From: Octopus sinensis
Lineage: Eukaryota
Assembly: GCF_006345805.1 (NCBI RefSeq)
Contig: NC_043007.1
Span: forward strand, 67,022,001-67,086,000
DNA: 64,000 nucleotides
Direction: 5' to 3'
The notes under the pieces were generated by a model. That model searched no databases and was not told the origin of the DNA. It worked only from the letters and a program-made list of their open reading frames with translations. Of this stretch, positions 1 through 15,022 are shown in pieces. Numbering within the stretch: position 1 is the first letter of the stretch; each line of letters starts with the position of its first letter. Position numbers and translations under genes: made by a program.

Positions 1-57
1 CAGTGTGCTAAAGGTTAAAAACCAAACTATGTACCAGATTAAGTAAGATAAGATAAT

Positions 58-235
58 GACACCAGTACTAATTGCTATACAATATCAACATTGACACTAT
101 TACTGCCAACACCTACACAACACAATATTGATACCACTACTACCTCCATCACAACAGCAACACTGACACCATTACTACTGCCAATACAATAGCAACATTA
201 ATAACAAACACTACAGCATCAACACAACAGCAACA
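58..235. repeat. Degenerate ACA/ACT-rich minisatellite (continues to about 570); a similar array with a unit of about 30 bp lies at 5160-5350
   Basis: Recurrent acaacagcaaca(c)tgac and acaacacagaccactaaaacact units. Confidence 0.7.
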
Positions 236-835
236 TTAACCCTTTAGCATTTAAACCAACTGTATTAGACCCAGATATTCTAACTGTTTTATGCACAAAC
301 TGGCTAGATCAGGCCTCTCACGACTACCCTATAGTGTCATCTTAAAAATAAACAGTCACATCATTGAAATCTCAAAGCTACAAGATAATGCATGATTATT
401 TCAAAATAATGTGAAAAAATAGGAACTATTTTTGACAGAGTAATTTGAATGCTAAAAGAGTCAATATCACTACCTTTACATCAGTGATACTACTACTACT
501 ACCTCCAACAAAACAATAACATTAATACTACTACAGTTACTATTATCACCAATACAGTATTAACCATTAACACTGCTATGGGAGAGTTCAGAGGATAGCT
601 GGCTAAGTTCAGCTGCTGTGAGGAATGGAGAATCTTATGATTTCGGCTCTTGTCTTTGATCTGAGATTGGGGGAGAGAGAGAAAGTGATGTTGATGTCCT
701 GGCTGTAGAGAGAAGAAAATGAGGAATGTATTTAGAGGAAGGTGGGGCAGAGAGAGAGGAGCAGGGTGATGAGAGGGTGTTAGAAGTTGGGGCGTGAAAT
801 GAATGGAGTGGATGGTAATTATGTTAAAAACATTG

Positions 836-895
836 AGAGTGGTGTAGACATGGCCATTTCCTTAAAGAGTGGTGTAGACATGGCCAATTCCTTAA
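836..895. repeat. 30-bp tandem duplication
   Basis: AGAGTGGTGTAGACATGGCCA(T/A)TTCCTTAA x2 with one mismatch. Confidence 0.95.
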
Positions 896-2295
896 TCAAA
901 GGAAAAATAAGAAGTGAGAAGTTCAATAGGAGAGAAACAAGAGTAAGAGGGGAGCTGTAAGTAGAGGGGTAGGAGAGAAAGTACACTCACACCTAGAAAT
1001 AACTACTTGGAGATAACAACACCTCTAGCATGTTCTTTTTTATTCTTTTACTTGTTTCAGTCATTGGACTGTGGCCATGCTGGGGTACCACCTTGAAGGG
1101 TTTTAGTCAAACAAATCAAACTCGGTACTTAAGCCTGGTACTTATTCTTGCAGTCTCTTTTGCAGAACCACTAAGGAACCGGAACATAAACTAACCCATA
1201 CCAGCTGTTAAGCAGTGGCAAGTCACACACACACACATTTATATACACAACAGGGTTTTTTTCCCCATTTCCATCTACCAAATCCACCCACAAGACTTTG
1301 GTTGGTCTGGAGCTATAGTAGAAGACACTTGTCTAATGTGCTATACAGTGAGACTGAACCCAGAACCATGTGATTAGAAAGCAAGCTTCTTACCACACAG
1401 CCACATCAGCACCTATTTTTCATTTTAAATAAATAAAATTCTGTGCTGCACCTCAATTTTTTCAAATTTAAATTAAGTGAATCTAACGGTTTTTGTGTGT
1501 TTTTAAATGACTTATAAACACCTTCCATGCTGCAATTGTTTTTGTTTCAGCACATGATCTCAGATCCACTACATCTCTGTAATTCTGAAAGCTTGAGCCA
1601 GGCTACCGAAACTCTAAGGAAAGCCATTACTTGTTGCTTGAGAAAAATAACAGCTAAGCAACAGCTTCATTTCAATAAATAAAACATTTAACCAGTATTT
1701 GTAATTAAGATTATATACGCTTACATGTATAGATACAGAGCTTAACTTATCTAAATTGTATATATATTCAAAGTTGTGAACATATACACAATAGTGTCCC
1801 CAAGATACATATTGCACCAACAGTAGATGCCGCTCTATCAACTCTGTCCAGGACCATGTATTTCGTATTGGTATTGTTTTGATGATAAACAACATATGTA
1901 ACTCTTGATTATCACTGAAGGACATATTTATCCGATTGTAGTATATAAGATTATATATACAACTATACACTCTAACACATATAGAAGTAGAGAAGACCAC
2001 ATCCTCAAATTTGCATACCTAGACGCAAACATGCACACATACAAACACAATTATGGAGGAGTACACACAGAGATATACAGACTTATAGACACTCATAAAC
2101 ATACATCAAAATAAAGATCAGAATATGAATTCTAAAAAGAGAAAGAATGGAAACAGAAAGAATGGTTTGCTTGGGAAGAGAAAGAAGAAACTGAAGCATA
2201 CATTTATTCTATGTGAGGAAAGAGTTCTTACATTGAAGACAAGATGCTCTCTCATATCTGTTGGAATGAGATGAACCATAAATGAAGCATAATGC

Positions 2296-2625
2296 AGGTT
2301 AACCACTTTTTATCTATAGACCCCTTTGATTACTATTTTATTCTGGTGCCCCCACACACACAAGCCATTCAATGTTTAAAAACTAGTTCTATAGAAACTT
2401 CTTTCAAAATTCCTATTTTGTTTTCCACACATTATCTTGTGTAGGTTGAACAATGGACACAAAGAAACCTAGCTGTTTCTTGCAATACATACCAATAAAT
2501 ACATCAAAAGCAAAATTTTTTCAGGGGCCCTTAAAATACTATTCTAGATCCCCCAATTTATTACTTTGTTGCATGGACCCCCAAAAATCTTACATAGACT
2601 CAGGACCCTGGTTGAGAACCACTGG
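2296..2625. mobile_element. hAT-type MITE remnant; an inverted copy of the same family lies at about 3650-3874
   Basis: Ends in ggttgagaaccactg (CAGTGGTTCTCAACC TIR). Its left part matches the reverse complement of 3810-3874. Confidence 0.6.
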
Positions 2626-3879
2626 TGTAGGTGAACATCACAGAATGAGAAGGTGGTATTACAGGTATCTCTGAGATGTTCAAATAACACATCACCCAAA
2701 CAGTACTCTATCTCATTCCTGCACCACAGTATAGGCACAGACTGTAAGCTATACACTATTTTAAATTGAAGGAGGTAAAGTCAATGTAGTCAATCCCAAT
2801 GACTGCCGAGTTGGAGTATAGTAGAAGTGTGACTTGACTCTTTAATTCCACTGATAGGAAAATAACAGCTATATGACCATAACTTCCTTTGACATGAGCA
2901 CAAGGGAGCAGCTATAGGAACCAACTCATCCTTAATCTAAATGACAACTAAAATGATAAACTACATAATTCTTTTTTTTCTTTTTTTAGTGTACATCATA
3001 GAACAAGTTGACTGCTAACATCTTGTTGAAAATTTTCCAAGTCAAAAGCCCAGTCTTGTAATGATCCCATTATAGAATGGAAATGAATGATAGATGAGTC
3101 TAGAACTTTCTCCTTTGCATTATTTCTTTCAAAATGTAAATAAGGTTAGTAGAATTTTTATGATATTTTGCATTTCAGCACTGACTGACTAATGTAGTGT
3201 TGTGCAGTATTGTGTTGTACAGGAAATTAAGAGTCAATCCATCACCCAAACAACAACACTAATCCTATCGATAAAAGGAGTAACAACGTCATCAATAAAA
3301 AAAATTAAACACTATCATTATTACACTGGAGACACATGGCTTAGTGGTTATGGTTTTGGACTCATGATCATGAGATTGTGGTTTCAATTCTTGGGCCAGG
3401 TGGCATGTGTTTTTGAGCAAAGCACTTCACTTCATGTTGCTCCAGTCCACTCAGCAGCCAAAAATTAGTAATGCTGCGATGGACCTGCACCCTTTCCCAG
3501 GTGAGAAATATAAACGCCACAGAAACCAGCCCTATGAATCTATATGACTCAGGAAAGAACTTTACTTTACTATTGTTATACTACTAAAACAAGTATCACA
3601 GCAAACAAAAATACCCAACCACAAAAAAATAATAATAATATAACGCAGTGGCCCTTGAATGTCCATATAAGATTTTGTGGTTAAAATTTATTTGCAATAA
3701 ATTAGTTATACTTCTCCAATACACAAAATATTTTAGCAATTCATTTTATATAATTCCTAATAATATTTAAATATAAAAATTTAATATATTTTAAATATCA
3801 AATGGTTATGAGGTCCACCCGAGCAGAATAGGAATCAAAGGGGTTCATGGGCAGAAAATGGTTGAGGAACACTGATTTA

Positions 3880-4785
3880 CATGAGGGTACCCAAAAATAA
3901 CCAGAAACATTCTCTGTGGGACAAACCCATTGTAGTTTAGGCTTCCACTGCAAGAAGCCATTTGATGCAACCGTCAGGAATCAGTCTGCTGACCAGCACC
4001 ATCAGTTGATGTCGTACTGCTATGTGATGCATCTTTGTTTCGCAGTACCTTGCCCTTGCTCATCGATTATTTGCAATGGCCGAAACAAAGGAACAGCATG
4101 CTTCCATGAAATTCTGCTTTATGTTGGGGAAAACAGCAGCCAAAACAGTTCTCATGCTTCAAACAGCTTAGAGGCTGCTGCCATGAGCAAAACACAAGTA
4201 ACAAGCTGTTTTCACACTTTAGGAATGGTCACTCGTCACTTGAGGACCGACCTCGTTCAGAACAACTGTCGACCTCCCAAACAAATGATAACATCATGAA
4301 AATTCATGAACTGATCTTGGAGGACCGTCACTGAACCATTGGCAAAGTTGATATAACTGGTATATCCTGGAACTTCTGCAAATGAATTTTGAACAAGCAA
4401 TTGCAAATGGAAAGAGCTGCAACAAAATTTATGCCTCGCTTACTCACGGAAGATCAAAAGCAGTCACAACTGAATGCATGTCATGAACTGAAAAAGCAGT
4501 TGGAAGTTGATCTGGACCGTTTTTTTGAAAGTTATCCACTGATAACAAAAGCTGGTGCTATGGAATTTGCACATGTGGAAGAGGTGAAGAAAAAGAAATG
4601 GAGGCGTTAAAAGTCATCACTTCGCAAGAGTTCCAGGACTGCTTCAAACAGTGGAAAATATGTCTGAACCGATGCATTGCTTCAAATGGAGAATACTTTG
4701 AAGGTGACAAAAGTGTAAACATGTAAAACTAAATGAATAAAATAATATTGCAAAATTCCAGTTTCTTTTGGGTACCCCCCTCATA
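3880..4785 (+). mobile_element. Internally deleted, degenerate mariner (irritans/Hsmar2-like N-terminus)
   Basis: Degenerate TIRs (atgagggtacccaaaaataaccagaa / ttccagtttcttttgggtacccccctcata). Translates to MAETKEQHASMKFCFMLGKTAAKT, AATKFMPRLLTEDQK and, in shifted frames, a CIASNGEYFEGDK-like C-terminus. The catalytic core is missing. Confidence 0.88.
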
Positions 4786-7700
4786 ACATGAACAATGATG
4801 GGTTACATCAAGAGTTACATAAGCTTCCAATTATCAAGTCAAATGAACTACTTACTCATTATTTAAGTGGCTGAGTATTCCATAAACATATGTACTCTTA
4901 ACATAATTTGCATGTAGAATCAGTGTGATTCCCCATAGTTTCTACCTACCCAGTTTCACTCACAAGGTTATGGTATAAAAAAACAATACATTTGTCAATA
5001 GCTATGCAGGAGGATTGAAACAAAAATCTCATGATTACAAAGTGAACTGTAAACACTTGGTCATGCTTACATCTACATACATAATACTAAAATACATTTT
5101 GCCTCCCACCCACTCACCCAACCCAATATCTATACAAGGTATTTATGAACTACCACCAATACAACACAAACCACTAAATCACTACCTCAACACAACATGG
5201 ACCACTGAAACACTGCTATTAACACGACACAGACCATTAAAATGCTACCACCAGCACAGACCACTGAAACACTGCCACCAACACAAAACATAAAAACGCT
5301 ACACACAACACAGACCACTAAAACACTACCACCAATACAACACAGACAATAAAGTGCATCAAAGAAGAATTAAAGAAAAACTCAAAACAAAATAGATTTG
5401 AATTATTAATAAGAAATTTTATTCAAAAATTCCATCATATATTTTCTCCCATTTTCACAAAACCTCACATACAGTGACACATATACACTAACACACACAC
5501 TAACACACTCACACACACAAATGTGGCAAAATTCATTTTGTATTTTAGCTCTATATCAGCTCAAGTAGTACAGACTTATAATGAAAAGCATTCCTTCCTA
5601 AACCAACCTGATTTTTCTCCATATCTAAAAACTACATTGTCCAATGTTTGTTTGTTTTTTTACAATAGGATCAGTTATGAGCCAATGAGGAAACATCAAT
5701 GTGGTCATGTGACCTGATAGAAATAGCATACAAGGGGTATTTGGGTGGGCTACAGATATTTAAAATATTATTTAAGTCTTAGAAAATCTGTAGTAATGAA
5801 TGCCTCGAAAGCAAAATCCACGTTATTCATAATCTTCTTGAACACAAACATGGGCCATCTACAAGTTTACCCAAATTTTAAACTTTAACCCTTTTGCTAG
5901 TAATTTGCCCAAGCCCAGCTTTGGTTCTCTGCTACAATCTTCCCATTTTAAAGTGATCTAAATTAAAACCATTCATCAAACTTTCAGGTTGATTTATGTT
6001 CTAAACACCAGCTTAAATGAAAATAAAAGTTCCTCATCATTAGCATCCATATTTTATATCTACAGATGTGGGAGTGGCTGTGTGATAAGTAGCTTGCTTA
6101 CGAACCACATGGTTCCAGGTTCAGTCCCACTGCGTGGCATCTTGGGCAAGTGTCTTCTACTATGGCCTTGGGCCGAGCAAAGCCTTATGAGTGGATTTGG
6201 TAGACGGAAACCGAAAGAAGCCCATCGTATATATATGTATGTATGTATATGTGTGTGTGTTTGTCCCCCCAACATCACTTGACAACTGATGCTGGTGTGT
6301 TTAAGTCTCCGTAACTTAGCAGTTCGGCAAAAGAGACCGATAGAATAAGTACTAGGCTTACAAAGAATAAGTCCTGGGGTCGATTTGCTCAACTAAAGGC
6401 GGTGCTCCAGCATGGCCACACTCAAATGACTGAAACAAGTAAAAGAGTAATATTCCATACTGGCATGGATTGGACAATTTGATAGGATCCAACATATCAG
6501 AGGACAGTGTCAAGTGCCACTGTCAGTTACGATATGCTTTGTACAGCTGGATGCCCTTCTTAACGTCAATCATTTTCTAGGATGCACTGGGTGCTGTTTT
6601 GTATCACCAACACCAGTAAGGGCACCAAGTAGCTTGCAAGACAAAACCCTTTAATTGTGGGGTGAAGATGTATGGCTTAGTGGTTAGGGTGTCTGGCTCA
6701 TGATTATTAGATCACAAGTTCAATCCTCAGTGTGTTGTGTCTTTGAGCAAGACACTTCATTTCACTTCACTCAGCTGGCAAAAATAAGTAGTACTTGTAT
6801 TTCAAAGGGCCAGCCTTGTCACATTCTGTGTCACACTGAATCTCCCTCAAAACTACATTAAGGGTACATATGTTTGTGGAGTGCTCAGCCACTTGCATGT
6901 TAATTTCACAATCAGGCTGATCCATTGATTGTATCAATTGGAACGTTTGTCATCGTAACTGACAGAGTACCAGTTAGTATTGTGGGTGTGCCAGTTAGTT
7001 TATGCAAAGTTTTATGAAGCCACAGTATGATAAAAGGATAAGAACAAGTGTCTTACTGTAGAGGAGACACATTGCTACCCTAGTTGGAAAAGGAGAGAAG
7101 ATGATGTTGATGAGGTATCAGGACATACCCTTAAAGTAGAATTGGGTGGATTTGAGTCTTTCTTCATTATTTCCAAAATTTATTGAAACAAAAGCAGTGT
7201 ATTTCAACAGAAATGCAGTAATAAATGGACTAAGACATTTTTTTAAAATTTTCCAAGCAAAGTGTGCTAGTCATTTTTTTTTCTGTTTGATCTTCAAGAT
7301 AGGAAAAAAATGTTTAAGAATGAGAACTATTGCCCTAAAATCTAATAAACAGAATGGCATATTGGATAAATAGGATTAGATATACTGTTTAAAGAAAAAA
7401 AAAGACAGAATGGTCATGGTTGGAATGCCTTTGATTATATATCTGTTTAATTTGTATTAACAAGGTGGAACTGAACAACATTGAATAAATTAACTGATTT
7501 GCCAAGAAATACATTAAAACACACAACTGATGAATTTATCCACTTGGTTATTTTGTGTCATCCATACAAACATAACTACACAAACATACACACATACATA
7601 CATACATACATACAAACATACAAATATGGATGGTGTATGATGTGGGTGTGTAAAGTAGACAATAGAGTCATGCTAATGCAGAAGACAAAAATATTCAAAA

Positions 7701-10700
7701 GATGTAAAAATATTAAACGAAAAAAAAAAAAGAAAATCAAAAAACAATTTTTGTATATCAATCCATATTTGGAAAATAAAGAAGACAACTAAAAGAAACA
7801 TAAAACAAGAAAAATAACAGTTTTATAAATCAATAAATAAATAAAAAAAGAAATGCAAAGTGAACTGGTAGAGTGAGGTGCAAAGAGTTTGATATTGAGA
7901 GATGGCCTAAGGTTTCCATAGATTGAGAAAAGATAAAGACATGCATAAATGTGTCATGTGTGTGTGTGTGTGTGTGTGTGTGTTGGAGGAAGAGAGGAAA
8001 AATGGAAAATGGAGATAATGGAGATGAGGGAGAGAGAGACAGAAGAGAGACAGAAGGAGAGAGAAATCGTTTTGTTTGTTTCTTGAGTAGCCTCAATCAG
8101 TCATGATCGAAGGAGACAGAGAAATGCCATCAGTCAAATTACTAGGTTTGATCCATATATCAAGTACTTCAGACATACTGTATCTCCACCTAGTTTAAAG
8201 CCTCAATACACAGTGATTTATTTATTATACGAGTGCAGTGCAAAAGTATGGGCATGCTACATTTCCTCTACAATTCAGTTTGTCCTTGTTTTTTCGGTAG
8301 GAGTCTAGAGGTAGGCAGAGCAAAAGTGAATACAATTAAGTTCATCCTAGCACTTATATCTCTAGTGCTGTGCATCTCACTACAAGCAGTGATGATCAAC
8401 CTTTTAAGCCAAGCATTTCAAGAATTTATATTTCTTTAATAATCCTATTATTGACAGATCACTTACATGCCAACATCACCATTGTTGTTTTACTGTCCAC
8501 TTTTCCATGCCTGCATGGGTCAGGCAGAATGTGCTGAGGCAGATACTCTATAATTGGATGCCCTTCCTGTTACCAACTCTTAACTGCTTCCAAGTAAGTT
8601 AATACAGTAATGGGGTAGAGTCATTAAAATATTTCCAAATATTTTTAGCTTATGTGTGAGAGAGTGGAATGCTTATGTTATTGAGTGTATGGCTGGTTGT
8701 ATTTTAATGTTCTTAGATGGAAGATGGTGGGTTTCCTAGATGCCACTTTAAACCCTTTAATATTCAGATTATTCTATCAAACGTAAAGCTTATGTATTCA
8801 CGTCATTTTAATTAATCATGCATTATTTCATGGCCTTGAGATTTCAATGATGCGATAGTTTGATTTTAAAACGACACTGCAGGATAAGTGCAAAAGGCCA
8901 GATCTGACCAGTCTGAAGATAAAACAGGTAGAATATATTTTGACTGGATATGACCAGTTTAAATGCTTGTTTTGGAATAAAATTCTGTGACAGCTGATTT
9001 AAGGTTGAAGATATATAGGAAATGATGGTAAGAAAAAGGATCATGATCTTTAAAATTATTTGATGATTAATGTGAGTTAGTCTGCATTACTCCTTAAGAG
9101 AGCATAGAACCAGTTTTTCCAGCATTTATAATCCTCCCCAGACAGGACACTAATCCATCACAGGATTACTCATTTTTACCAAATGACTGGACTAGAGCAA
9201 CATGAAATGAAGTATTTTGCTCAAGAACACAATGCCCAGTCTAGGAATTGAAACTATAATCTTGCAATTATGAGTCCAACACCCTAACCACTAAACCATG
9301 CACCTCCCAGATAGTTAATATAAGTTCCAAGAAAACAGCAATAAATATTAATTTGACTATTTTTCCTCCTCCTGCTGCTGCTAATGATGATAGAGTCTTC
9401 TTATCCATCATTTGCTGCAAGCATGGATTACATGTTACTGAGATAAAACTCGGATTGGTTGTACTTTTTTCAATCTTATCAGTTTTGTTTCAAGTCAACA
9501 TGAATATTGTTGTCTGCTCAACTATGTCTTAATTGTCTCTGCGGAGTTTCTTTAGCCCGCTGTTCTAAATTGCAAGGAGCAGCTGACCAAAACAGTGTAA
9601 CATACTTTATTTGAGAATCTTTCCAACACTAAGCAGACCAAGAAATTACTTTCTAACTCAGATTTGTGTAAGGCTGATCTGTCTAGTCATAAATACAGCT
9701 GAGGTAAAATACCTCAAGGTATCCTTCAGCATATTATCATTATTATTATTTGGCTCTTCAAAATTTAAACCTGCCATATCCAGCCCAAATATTCTACCTG
9801 TTTTATGCTGAAACTGGTCAGATCCAATCTCTCACACCTAACCTACAATGTCGTTCTGAAAATAAACAATCACATCATCAAAACTACAAGATAATTCATG
9901 ATTGGGTAAAGACCCACTTCACTCAAGAATGATCATGGTATTGCACCTAGAAAGTTCCCCTCCAAAGCACAAATCCAGATAAGGTTGTTTATAGAAGACC
10001 AGCAGTTACCCATGCATATCAGCCTCCTTTCTCCATGCCACTGATGTTAACCAAGAGAAAGATAAAGCTTGGCACTAGTGACATCATAAGTCATTTCTGC
10101 AGCTGAGTGAACTGGAGCAACAAGAAATAAAGTGTCTTGCTCAAGAATACAACACACAGCCTGGACCAGGAATCAAACTCACTGCCTCATGGTTATGAGT
10201 CTAATGCTCTAACCATTGAGCCATGCATCTTTACTAACCGTGATTAATTCAAAATAATATGTATAAATAAGTATTACATTTGACAGAGTAATCTAAATGA
10301 TAAGGGGTTGAAGTTTTTCTCCCACGATAGCACAGGTTAGACAAATACTAATTACAAATATGGTAAGGTGTATCATATATGTAATAAAAAGAGTTTAAAA
10401 ACTTTGATCAACTGAGACTATCTGAACAATTAGAATAGAAAAACTTCCCTGGAAAGTGTTTCAAAATCTATAAATAACAGAGAAATAACTGAAAAAAAAA
10501 ATCATATCCAAATTTTTTGACAATAAAGGAAATGCATTTTGAATTAATCTGGTCCTAAAACTTTAACTGGTGAAAATAGGACATGTTTCTGTCTTATCAA
10601 ATCTCTTCAAGGAAAACATATTCTATCAAGTTGACAAAACTTAAGGTGATCAAAATCATTATCACCATCAACTTTTCTATACCTGCATAGGTCAAATGGA

Positions 10701-11085
10701 ATTCAATGAAGCAGATTTTCTACATCTGAATGCCCTGCCTGTCATCAACCGTCACACGTTTCCAAGCAAGGTAACATTTTCCCATGACCTGACATGTTTT
10801 TTACAGAATATTGGAAACAGCTGACACCGCTTGTATGTTGGTGACACTTGTTTACAACTATCACACAATATCAAAACAGAGGAGGAACAAACACATAGTA
10901 TATTGTGGGGTTTATTCAGTTTCCATCTACCAAATCCACTCAGAAGGGTTTGGTCAGCCCAAGGTTATAGAAGACACTTGTCCTAGGCACCACACAGTAA
11001 AGCTTACTCTATACTTTTTTAGAGTACAAATGTATTATTCTTATACATGAATGTTGTTAACAGTGACTTTGGAGTTCTGTCCCTC

Positions 11086-11125
<40 letters not shown>

Positions 11126-14035
11126 GGAAGGAGAGGGAGGGAGGGTGAGAGAGATAATATAGCAACACTGATTATTAAGATCAACAACATGGCTGGTGAA
11201 AAATATTTTAGTGATGTGATCTGCAAATTAGATATGCATAAAAATACAGTAGGATCTCATGTATGTGATACAGTAAGTTGAAAAACTTCTTTGCTTGTTG
11301 TTATTTAGAGTTTAATCACTCCAAGACGTCGTTTTTGATCAAAGTCTGTGTACCTCACTTTATTTTATTATACATGAGACCCTATAATCTAACTATGATA
11401 GTGTCATTTCTGTTTAGTTTAAATGGCAGTACTCCAGACTGGCCACAACTCAAAGGCTGAAACAAGTAAAAGAGTAAAAGAGCATTAATGGTTCTCTTAG
11501 TGGTGGTGGTGGTGGTGGCAGAGGAGGAGGAGTTTGTGTTGGTTGTTATTGACAAGAATATAAAGAAATCAAGTATCTTTTGTGAGAAAACTGTTTTATT
11601 GCTTTGATGAAAATAAGGAAAAAAATATTATCAATCCCTCCTCAACATGAACATAAATATTGGACCTTTTCATTTACACAATAATTTTAAGATACCAACT
11701 ATATAACAAATGAATTAACAAACTATTTCTAAAAGTGCAGGGAGTGTAACATCATATGTAAACAAAATATCAATATGCCAGTGACTAGTTTGATTTTAGG
11801 TTATTTACTCTGATAATGCATTTAATAAAAGTATGAACCTTCATCCAGTCCCTCCTTTCCTAGGTTCATCATCTGTTAATATATATTTCTGATGATGAGA
11901 GTGAAGCAATTGAAAAGTCAATGCACTAATGTGTAGGATAGATATTAATCCTTTCACATAAGGAAACATATTTAAAAAATGAGAATAAGAAAACCAGCAA
12001 ATGAGTGGTGATTATTTTGGTTATTGTTAGAGAATACAGATAGAAACCACTCCAGTCAATCTGTTACATGAAAGTTCAGTTTATGTAACTCCATACACAA
12101 AAGCCACTATCTAGTCATGTTTGACTCAATAATTGAGAAAAAAATAACTTAGATGAAATTCTAAGCTGTTTATCAACAAGAGCCTTCTTTTGTAAACCAT
12201 TTTCCCGTCTGGTGCCCGCCCCCACCAAAAACAAAAAAGCACCCAGTGCACTCTGTAAAGTTGTAGATGTTAGAAAGGTATCCAACTGTAGAAACTACAC
12301 CAAAACCAAAATATTGGAGCAAGATGTGGTCCTTCAACCTGTTAGTAAAAAGGATGGTGTGGACGGATGACCCTTCCTTGCTTGGATGAGTCAGACAAGA
12401 TTTGTTGAGACACTCGCTATGGTATTTCCAAGAAAGGTAATGTATTCCCCTTGTCCTTCAAACATGATAACACAATTACCAGGCATAGTTTCACAGAAGA
12501 CTGTATACAAATGACACTGCTGGTATAACAGTGTCATTTATTTACAATTAGCATGCATACACACACATGCATACAACAAGCTTACAGGCTTCTACACATT
12601 TTGTTATATCAAATTCACTCACAAGGCATTGTTTGATCTGTGGCTACAGTAGAAGAAAGACACCTGTCCAAGATGCTACACAGTGGGACTGAACCTGAAA
12701 CTAAGTGGTTTCAAAACAAATTCTTTATCCTTAGTTTTATTTCCTTACACCAGTTTTTTGGTTTGGCACAGAAATGTTGAATACTAACTAAGACATAGCA
12801 GCTAATTCTTCTATAAACTACAAAGCATCTAGGGAGAAAAAGGTGGCTGTCCTCAAATTTCTAAAGCCTTGAGTGGACAGGAGATAAATCTTTCCCTTGT
12901 TAAGAAACTGATGTATCACTGAGGAACTTGAACTCAGCAATTCAAGCAAATAAACCCTTCATCAATCACACAATACTGCTGCTTACAACTATGTAGCACC
13001 TGTAGTTCCTACTAAGACTTAGGATAAAGGGGGGATAAAATTCCTTCCCAAGTTATATAGACTCATAGGGGCTGGTTTCCCAGTTTCCGTGATGTACATA
13101 TTCCCCACCTGAACAGGACATTGGTCCAGCACAGTGTTACTCATTTATTGCCAGCTGAGTGGACTGGAGCAATGTGAAATGAAGTGTTTTGCTCAAGAAC
13201 ACAACACGGCTCTCAGTCCAAGAATCAAAACTACAATCTTATGATTATGAGTCCAACACCCTAACCACTAAGCCACATTCCTCCACACTAAGACTTGGCT
13301 ATTGAGTTAGGTATCTTAGCCAGATGTTGTTCAGACCTCAATCATCTCTGATCATGCAGACCCCATGATCAAAGGTATCTCAAACAGTCATGATCATCCC
13401 ATTTTCTGTATATTTATGACTGCATGGCCAATGTGTCCTGCTTTTTTTTTTAAAGATGGCAGATTGTGAATGCAAAGCTTTGGTTGTTATCTCAAGCATG
13501 TCAACTCACTGCATAGAAGTTATCTTTTTAATTCAATATTACAGTGATCATTGTTTCTGGTGTTGTTTGTTTGTTAGCCCCATTACAGCTCTGACCAAGC
13601 AGATTTATGATCAAAGACATTCCAATTGTAACTACGTCTTCTCTTTACTATGTGCAAGGAACCCTGGACCACATTACTACTGTCTTTTCTAAGACTGTAA
13701 TATGAGATCTGAAGGAAATTTGGATGCTATTTCTAGCATGCTAAATGACAACATAGAGGCTTTTTCATTGGCTCAGTTTTATCCTGGTAATCTGTGCTAA
13801 AATGTTGTTATTGCTTCCAAGCTGTTAGGAATCAATATGTTTAAACCCAAAGACTTGTGCCAATGTTAGAAACAATTTAGGGAGTCGAATACCAGCTTAG
13901 GAGAGTGCCAATAGGTATTTAGTCATGTTTGCAGATTCTAAATGTTGTAGGGTCAAGTAATATGGGTCAATTTCCTCAAATGTTCCCTTATCCAAAATTC
14001 CTGTTTTTGCATCTAATCTACAAGTAATTATTGCA

Positions 14036-14835
14036 TGGTAGGGCAGAACTGGTAAAGTGTGAACAAAATACTTTAAATAATTTTTTCCAATCTTTACATT
14101 ATGAGTTCAATTCTTGCTGACGTCAACTTTGCCATTCACCCTTCTGTGGGGTCGATAAAATAAAGCACCAGTCAAGTACTGGTGTCAATGTAATCAACTA
14201 AATTCCCTTCCATTATAATTGCTAGCCTTGTGCCTAAATTAGAAATTATTATTAAGGCAGTGAGCTGGCAGAATCATAAGCATGTTGGGCAAAGTGCTAA
14301 GTGGCATTTCTTCTGTCTTTACATTCTGAGTTCAAATTCCAGAGGTCAACTTTGCCCTTCATCCTTTCAGAGTCAATAAAATAAATATCTGTTGAACATT
14401 GAGGTCAATGTAATCGATTTAGCCACTGCCCCAAACCTGCTGGTCTTGTGCCAAAATTTGAAACCAATCTTATTATTATTATTATTATAGTATTCATATC
14501 CCACCAAGGTCAACTTTGCCTTTCATCCTTTCAGGGTCAATAAAATAAAGTGCTCATCAATAACAAATTTAATCAACTTGCCCGCTCTCTTAAAAATTGC
14601 TGGCCTTGTGCCAAAATTTGAAACAGTTATTATTATGGAGAGGGTTGGAAAGTTGTGAAAAAGGAAGCTCAGCCAATACACGTCAAGGGTGCCTAGTTTA
14701 ATATTTGATTGTGCCCCAGTTCAAATTCCATCAGGACTAAGATTCTTGGTCGATTCCAGTGATAAAACTCCTTCCCTACAAATGTGCAACCCTGTGCCAA
14801 TGTAAAAAAAAAACAAAAATAATAATAATAATAAT
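14036..14835 (+). mobile_element. Four head-to-tail, more diverged copies of SINE family B (third and fourth partial)
   Basis: Repeated gtcaactttgcc.ttcatcctttc.g.gtcaataaaataaa bodies and cttgtgccaaaatttgaaac tails separated by (ATT)n. Confidence 0.82.
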
Positions 14836-14849
14836 CACCATTACTGTTA

Positions 14850-15022
14850 TTATCGTTGCATATATAATGTATAAATTAGTCGATGATTGATGTATAAGAG
14901 GATTCTGCTGACAGGCAAAAGCAGTCTTCGGTAGAAGAGGAGGACCAGCTGCTAAATCAGCAGGACATAATCCCACAAGACAGGAGATTTCTGAACACAA
15001 TACTGACGATGGAAATTCAAGT
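14850..15022 (-). CDS. Candidate exon starting LEFPSSVLCSEISCLVGLCPADLAAGPPLLPKTAFACQQNP (phase-2 acceptor); 3' boundary uncertain
   Basis: Acceptor ctatctctctttctag|A, GC-richer non-repeat block, open frame. No strong donor was identified. Confidence 0.25.

Noticed and set aside
6668-6740. tRNA-like A/B boxes here and in other SINE heads
   Set aside because: They continue into shared SINE bodies with no full cloverleaf, so they are not tRNA genes.
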